Below, piece by piece: positions 61,893 through 64,000 of a DNA stretch of 64,000 bases. Each line of letters opens with the position of its first letter. Position 1 is the stretch's first letter. Source of the DNA: Candidatus Altiarchaeota archaeon (lineage in GTDB: Archaea; Altiarchaeota; Altiarchaeia; IMC4; QMZM01); contig JAFGDV010000002.1 in assembly GCA_016931955.1 (NCBI GenBank), positions 38,545 through 102,544 of the forward strand, in the 5' to 3' direction. A program made the position numbers and the translations under genes. The notes beneath the pieces were generated by a model. It saw nothing but the letters and a program-made list of their open reading frames with translations, did not search any database and was not told where the DNA came from.

Positions 61893-62666
61893 CTAATCCC
61901 GCACATACAATCTGCCTCTGCCGCATTCAGCCAGATCACCTTCGTACCCTATAAAAGCCCCGCTTAAACCCTTGACCCCATCAACCCTGCCCCTCTCCTT
62001 GAAGCTTGGCAGCATTTCTTTTATCCCCCCTTCAACGATTATTATTCCATCGATCATCCCGGCTCCGACGCGCAGACCAGCGTTCCCGGAGATGATGAGG
62101 ACTCCGCCTTTCATTCCAACGCCTGCGAACTCGCCGGAGTCCCCTCCAACCGTTATCCTACCAGCCCCCATGTTGCCCCCAAGGTTATGGCCTGCATTGC
62201 CTTTGATCTCTATCTCTCCCTCAGTCATCCCACAACCCCTCCCACGATAAGCCGCCCCAAAAAAGTTGCCGGCATCGCCTTCTATGGTGATCCTGCCCCC
62301 AGACATCTCCATGCCCGCCCACGAGCCAACACTTCCAGAAACCCTTATTTCTCCGCCACTCATCCTAGAACCCAGATGCATTCCAGCATCCCCTTCGATG
62401 ATAACCTCGCCTGCGCTCATCCTCTCCCCTATCCTCTTCACCTTCGAGGCATCACCTCTGATTACGATCCTCAAGTCCTCAGGTTTTTCCGACGCCTCTC
62501 CTCCAACGGTGAAGTACTCCCCCAGCTTCTTTTTTTTGTTTCCAACAAAAACATCCAATGCCCTGATCTCTTTCAGTGATTTTTCGGCGAACATGTCGGG
62601 TGAGATGTTCTCTGCTTCCATCCCAATCCCTGGAATTGCCTTGGGTTTCAGCCTTATCTCTTTCAT
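61893..62666 (-). CDS. fwdC: Formylmethanofuran dehydrogenase subunit C
   Basis: EAENISPD; GXGXG beta-helix repeats (GDAGMHLG, GSWAGMEM, GMKGG). Confidence 0.93.
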   Translation of the reverse strand: MKEIRLKPKAIPGIGMEAENISPDMFAEKSLKEIRALDVFVGNKKKKLGEYFTVGGEASEKPEDLRIVIRGDASKVKRIGERMSAGEVIIEGDAGMHLGSRMSGGEIRVSGSVGSWAGMEMSGGRITIEGDAGNFFGAAYRGRGCGMTEGEIEIKGNAGHNLGGNMGAGRITVGGDSGEFAGVGMKGGVLIISGNAGLRVGAGMIDGIIIVEGGIKEMLPSFKERGRVDGVKGLSGAFIGYEGDLAECGRGRLYVRD

Positions 62667-64000
62667 TTCGTATCCAGTTCAACGCCGTTTCGTATATACG
62701 CTGACTCAACTATGTAGTTTTCAGGCTCTATTGTATAGTACCTGAATCTTTCCAGGATATCCTCTTTGATGTCCTTTTCAGTCCTTGTCTTAACCCAGAA
62801 GGTTCTTCCATTGATTTCCCGAACAACCCTCCCGTCTTTAACAACAATGTCGCCGTTCTTTATCGTATACGCTGCTGAGCTGAATGCCTCCTCGATCTTC
62901 TCTCCCTCAGTCTCCTCGGGGCTTATGTCGTAGACCGCTAGATTGGCTTCATCGCCTATGGAGAGGGACGCTCTTAAATCAAGCCTCTTGGCCGGACCTG
63001 CTCGAGTCATCACCACAATCTCCTCCAGTGAAAGCTCCCTATCCAAGGAAGGTAGGGTTGTCCTCTCCAAAGCCCATCTATGGCATTCCCCCAGCACCTT
63101 GTCCCTATAGCGCTTGTCCATGAGCCATGCTATTATCCTCGGATAATAGATGAACGGCGCCGCATTGGGATGGTCTGTGGTCAGGTAGACCCTCCAGGGA
63201 TCCTTGACATGGAGGGCCAGTTCCAGGCCGATCGCCCACTGCACCGCGTTTACGCCAGAGCTCTTCCTGTACGTGTAAGGCGTTACACCCCCTCCTGATT
63301 CGTTTTCGACATCAGCGTTACTCCACTTCATCCCAGTGAGCTGTGATAGATGGTATTCGAAGGGTGCGTCCGCCGTTATCGTCGTTGTTTCGCCGAAGAC
63401 TACCTGCCCCATATCCACCGTAATCTCCGCTCTCCTGTTTACTTCCTTTGCGACCTTCTCCGCCTCCGAGCAGAAGTCCTTCCAAGAATCCCCACCGTAT
63501 GAGCTGAATTGTGCATGCGTTATATGCATGGGTCCCATCCTCATAGATTCCAGGGTTGTTTCATAGTTCCCTGGATTCCCCAAGTTGTTCAGGTGTATGT
63601 GCAGTGGATGAGGCAGCCTTAAAGTGGCACAACCTTGGATTAAGCCGGATATTATCTCCTTGGGCGTGACATTGTAGCAAGGAACCTCATCATCCAATGA
63701 ATTGATGTACTTATTCCATCCCCATGCGAAAACCCCCCCAGGGTTTACCGCCTTCACTCCATATGTTTTGGTTGCATTGAGCATGTATGAGATCCAGGAA
63801 TTCAAGGACTCCTGGTCTTCCTCTGCCACGTATTCTATAACCTGGTGATTGTTCCCTAGTAGGAGGAGACCTGATTTATCCAACATCGGCGTTTCGTTGA
63901 ATTCCTCATGGGTGTGCCTTGACTTCATGGGCGGCACCGCCGGTTCATTCGCCAGTGTGTATCCCATCCTAGCGTATAGGTAACCCGTCAGATGCGTTGT
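62663..64000 (-). CDS. fwdA: Formylmethanofuran dehydrogenase subunit A (5' end outside the window)
   Basis: Frame stays open to the window edge (GYLYARMGYT); GVKAVNPGG, HIHLNNLG, HITHAQF, TTDHPN. Confidence 0.93.
   Translation of the reverse strand, partial: TTHLTGYLYARMGYTLANEPAVPPMKSRHTHEEFNETPMLDKSGLLLLGNNHQVIEYVAEEDQESLNSWISYMLNATKTYGVKAVNPGGVFAWGWNKYINSLDDEVPCYNVTPKEIISGLIQGCATLRLPHPLHIHLNNLGNPGNYETTLESMRMGPMHITHAQFSSYGGDSWKDFCSEAEKVAKEVNRRAEITVDMGQVVFGETTTITADAPFEYHLSQLTGMKWSNADVENESGGGVTPYTYRKSSGVNAVQWAIGLELALHVKDPWRVYLTTDHPNAAPFIYYPRIIAWLMDKRYRDKVLGECHRWALERTTLPSLDRELSLEEIVVMTRAGPAKRLDLRASLSIGDEANLAVYDISPEETEGEKIEEAFSSAAYTIKNGDIVVKDGRVVREINGRTFWVKTRTEKDIKEDILERFRYYTIEPENYIVESAYIRNGVELDTK

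Noticed and set aside
2884-61939. Extended N-termini given by the ORF track (starts 2964, 17667, 25121, 29228, 32323, 40327, 41385, 41630, 59591, 59826, 61939)
   Set aside because: Most overlap upstream genes and all precede the family's usual first residues; downstream ATGs with ribosome-binding sites or tight coupling fit better.
1-64000. CRISPR arrays, tRNA/rRNA genes, transposases or integrases
   Set aside because: No regularly spaced repeats, cloverleaf-like sequences or mobile-element ORFs were recognised; intergenic gaps are short.

Overview
Archaeal chromosomal segment (Nop5, ApgM, BRE/TATA promoters, Fwd subunits) from an anaerobe with methanofuran-type C1 metabolism. The gene mix is reminiscent of Altiarchaeota, but the lineage cannot be established from sequence alone. 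Housekeeping genes (thrC, apgM, nop5, pfkB kinase, debranching enzyme, leuD-like, dtxR-feoAB, fwdACDB) frame a dense signalling region. (i) A chemotaxis-like system: cheA, B, R, W, 2x cheD, 4x cheY, 7x cheC and one MCP, with no cheF or archaellum genes in the window. It encloses hypABCDE and a cheC-parA-mvhD*-mvhG-mvhA* unit whose full-length hydrogenase large subunit has lost 3 of 4 Ni-ligating Cys plus the catalytic Glu and Arg. (ii) An operon of a V4R protein, two stand-alone TM-Cache-TM proteins with no output domain and a Cys-less TusA-like protein, followed by an intact group-3c-like [NiFe] hydrogenase flanked by a ferredoxin, a second V4R protein and a ubiquitin-like protein. (iii) A tandem array of five membrane histidine kinases with mosaic, partly homogenised kinase cores and two single-domain receivers. 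Best candidate for an undescribed system: a hydrogenase-derived, catalytically dead redox/H2/formate sensing apparatus wired to a Che-like pathway. Motif comparisons use family consensus recalled from knowledge; no database searches were run.
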